The notes under the pieces are model-generated. The model was not told where the DNA came from and ran no database searches. It saw only the letters and a program-made list of their open reading frames with translations. From positions 33,170,001-33,234,000 of the forward strand of contig NC_042997.1 in the NCBI RefSeq assembly GCF_006345805.1: DNA of 64,000 bases, in the 5' to 3' direction. Within the stretch, counting starts at the first letter, position 1; every line of letters begins with the position of its first letter. This document shows, one piece after another, positions 63,048 to 64,000 of this stretch. This DNA is from Octopus sinensis (lineage: Eukaryota). The position numbers and the translations under genes are program-made.

Positions 63048-63265
63048 TTCGCTGCCTTCAACATGTCCACATAATGGAAACAAACCAATTATTAAAAGAA
63101 ATACTCTATTCACAGCTGGTTAGCAATACAAGGAGCCAGAGTAGATCCTAATAGAGATGCAAAGATATGCTTAAACACAACATGAGGAGATGAAATTTTG
63201 ATATCACAAGTGGACCATGGCAGCTTAGGACAGAAAGCTATATGACTATAAAGTGGGATAGTCAT
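63047..63265 (+). mobile_element. RTE-BovB-like LINE fragment
   Basis: LRCLQHVHIMETNQLLKEILYSQL..RCKDMLKHNM, resembling the LRWLGHV.RM..IPKQLLYGEL..RYKDTLK region. Confidence 0.65.
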
Positions 63266-63295
63266 CAATGACATCAACAAACAGCAAGTGAGAAA

Positions 63296-63428
63296 ATAGA
63301 AACATTGCCAGATAAGACTGGAGCCTGGTGCAGCCTTCTGGCTTCCCAGATCCCCGGTCGAACTGTCCAACCCATGTTAGCATGGAGAACGGACATTAAA
63401 CGATGATGATGATGATGATGATGATGAT
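63296..63428 (+). mobile_element. Family C copy
   Basis: tagaaacattgccagataagactggagcc..ggacattaaacgatgatgat. Confidence 0.88.
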
Positions 63429-63529
63429 CACTGTATTACTGATTTAACCAGATTATTGGGTGTTGTACATTGCTGCTCACAATGTGCTTCCTCACCTTGT
63501 TTCCACCTCATGGGCTACGCAAGCAGGCA

Positions 63530-63712
63530 GGCAAACATTCCCCTGGATAAGACACCAGTCCATTGCAGGGCTACTCATAGCTGGGTGGATGGGAGCAACA
63601 TGAAATAAAGTGTTTTGCTTAAGAACACAATACACAACTGGTCTATGAATTGAAACCATGATTGCAAGATATTGAGTGCAACATCCTAACTAATAGGCCA
63701 CACACCTTCACA
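63530..63712 (-). mobile_element. SINE family F (V-like), degenerate
   Basis: Minus strand gtgtggcct..ttaggatgttgcac..gtgttcttaagcaaaacactttatttc..ccctgcaatggactggtgtcttatccagg. Confidence 0.7.
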
Positions 63713-63839
63713 CACACACACACACACAAAAACACACATTATTTGGGTCAAGTCTGTCCCTTGCTACTCTGAGTTTCACCTGTGGATGCACAGGATTTTC
63801 AGGCCAGTTATGACTCTATGCATGCATTTATATATATAT

Positions 63840-64000
63840 GGGCCTCACGGAGGCAAGGTGGCTGAGTTCCTTTCGAGTGTTAGGCTTCACAGAAGCAATG
63901 ACCAAGACTTTTGGCATTATGTCATGCTTGAGAAGACCCATCAAGCTGTGCAAAATCACAGTTGTAACAAACACCGGTGTCACACAAATTGGCACCTGTG
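63840..64000 (+). mobile_element. RTE ORF end and start of 3' UTR, cut by the window edge
   Basis: ggcctcac.gaggcaa..ttaggcttcacagaagcaatgacc..cttgagaagacc matches 20415-20470. Confidence 0.6.

Overview
AT-rich, extremely repeat-dense eukaryotic DNA, most likely intronic or intergenic sequence of an octopus (coleoid cephalopod). That assignment is an inference from the SINE and microsatellite landscape, not a database match. I could not recognise any host protein-coding gene, rRNA, true tRNA or CRISPR array. Almost all ORFs in the supplied track are translations of (TA)n, (CA)n, (CATA)n, (ATT)n or (GAT/GGA)n tracts or of SINEs. Real coding remnants all come from transposons: RTE-type LINEs (several families, one with a YADD RT motif), CR1/L2-group LINEs, two R4/Dong-like RLE elements and one degenerate Tc1/mariner. 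The window also holds three tRNA-headed SINE groups (labelled A, B and F here), many 5'-truncated RTE 3' ends (C), a 560-bp element embedded in TAA repeats (D), MITEs and a non-autonomous Helitron. The most notable signal is a cluster of hammerhead-ribozyme motifs at 49.09-49.90 kb on short modules set between (TA)n tracts. One has a canonical core, one has a compensatory U3-A8 core and one is decayed. All have the palindromic stem III typical of Penelope-like-element or retrozyme hammerheads. Further decayed hammerhead modules, also next to (TA)n, lie at 28.1 and 45.3 kb. Other highlights are SINE-B multimers with an identical 184-bp unit junction at two loci, a LINE whose 3' end matches the SINE-A tail, and several long fold-back hairpins.
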